Source: Phaeosaccion multiseriatum (lineage: Eukaryota > Protista > Ochrophyta, other classes). From it: a DNA stretch of 64,000 bases. Location of the stretch: contig OZ218953.1 in assembly GCA_965112735.1 (NCBI GenBank), positions 4,464,001 to 4,528,000 of the forward strand. Reading direction: 5' to 3'. Numbering within the stretch: position 1 is the stretch's first letter; every line of letters starts with the position of its first letter. The notes under the pieces were generated by a model. It had not been told where the DNA came from. It worked only from the letters and a program-made list of their open reading frames with translations, and searched no databases. Positions 62,913 through 64,000 of the stretch are shown here, in pieces. A program made the position numbers and the translations under genes.

Positions 62913-64000
62913 TTAGAGGTCGGCAAGAGTCGCAACAGGCAGGGGGGCAGGCCGCCAAGAAGCGGGACCAACATATTTGGGCACTCCGTCCTGCTGCCTC
63001 ATGGTAAAGGCAGGGGGGTTCCGAGTCGGTATTGCCTGCTGGGGCTGCGATTCTCCCACAGCAGCAGGACGTGGCGGTGCAGAAGGCGTAGGCTTAGCGC
63101 CAGCGGGCCCCTGCGTCGGCCTCTTGTACCTCCTCCAGAACAACACGCAGCAGAGGCAAGCAGCCGCCACAGAGATGACGACGATGCCGGCAATGGCTGC
63201 TCCAGAGAGAGCATCGCCAGACGCCCTCGTCGTCGCGAAGCACGTGGGCTCTTGCAGGCTGGCGTCAGCTTCGGAGCCGGTATCGCAGCACGCCCGCTCC
63301 ACGTACGACCAGTCAGCGGCGTCCGTGTTGGTCCATAGCGTTCTTGGGTACTCCCCGGCCGGCATGCAGTCCTCGGGAGTGAGCTCCTGCCGCGGGGGAG
63401 GAGGGGGGCAGGCAGAGGGAAGGGACAGGAATCAGCGCTTGCTTCGTGCAGTGGGAGGGAGGACGACGGAGCGGCGAGCTCGCCCCGCCACCCCGTTGAC
63501 TCGCTGCCTGAGCGGCAAACCAAGACCAACCTGAGTTGACTCGCACTGGTTCGCGCACACGCTGGCGTCAGAGATGGAGGCCCTGTAGGCTTGCTTGTCG
63601 CACTCGGACAGCTCGAAGACCGGGCACGTGCTTGACTCTGCGACGAGCCGGTCAAGGACGAAGCTGTACTCCACGTTGAGGTCTGTGAAGGTCGACAGCT
63701 TAAAGTCCACTGCCACCACCCCCAGAAAGGTGGAGGGGCTGCGGAGAGGAGAGAGGCGACGCGCAGAGCGAGAGAGGGGGAGGATGGAGGCCAGACTAAG
63801 CGAGGGAACAGACCTGGCTGCTTTCTGGGTTCCAAACACGATCTGCCACAGCAACGTCTTGCTTGTAAGCCGCCTACCTGGTGCTGTGGTCGTAGGCAGA
63901 CGCCGCGCAAGTAGTACCCAACTGGCCGCCCGTGTCGAAGATGTAGGGCTCTGTCCAGGTTGTGAGGTTTTGTGAGCTGCTGTTTCCGCTCCCGATGGCG
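62913..64000 (-). CDS. Cache-domain (alpha2delta/CACHD1-like) type I membrane protein, C-terminal part
   Basis: Spliced WTEPYIFDTGGQLGTTCAASAYDHST/SPSTFLGVVAVDF (Cache beta-sheet signature), then a Cys-rich stalk, TM AIAGIVVISVAAACLCCVLFW and basic RRYKR. The 5' part lies beyond the window. Confidence 0.7.

Noticed and set aside
1-64000. tRNA, rRNA, snRNA genes and introner-type repeated introns
   Set aside because: No cloverleaf or rRNA signatures seen, and introns share only microsatellites and a short motif rather than full-length similarity. A covariance-model scan was not possible.

Overview
Gene-dense, GC-rich, intron-rich eukaryotic nuclear DNA. It is most consistent with a photosynthetic stramenopile (ochrophyte): several proteins have a signal peptide followed by an ASAFAP-like plastid-targeting motif. 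This assignment is inference. Introns are GT-AG and full of micro- and minisatellites, so most long ORFs in the six-frame track are artefacts. I spliced about 18 genes by hand, in order: GSTCD-like methyltransferase (partial), a hypothetical protein, an OSCA/TMEM63 channel, a bacterial-type class I/II aminotransferase with a signal peptide, an Sfi1-repeat protein, an LSMT-like SET protein, a SLATT-like 2TM protein, an SDR, DDX10/Dbp4, a GRAM+VASt protein, a SAM carrier, kaptin (KPTN), the PP6 catalytic subunit, a ubiquitin/SUMO-like-domain protein, a Tudor/DEK-C-like protein, an ankyrin protein, an aspartate aminotransferase, and a Cache-domain membrane protein (partial). There is also a composite MITE-like element at 7.1-8.5 kb. 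The most notable points are: an 8-exon gene resembling SLATT effectors of prokaryotic/viral conflict systems; an in-frame TGA inside coding-like sequence that may be removed by intronization; the MITE architecture; a head-to-head KPTN/PP6 pair; and a SET domain lacking its conserved Tyr. All family calls come from motif recognition, not database searches.
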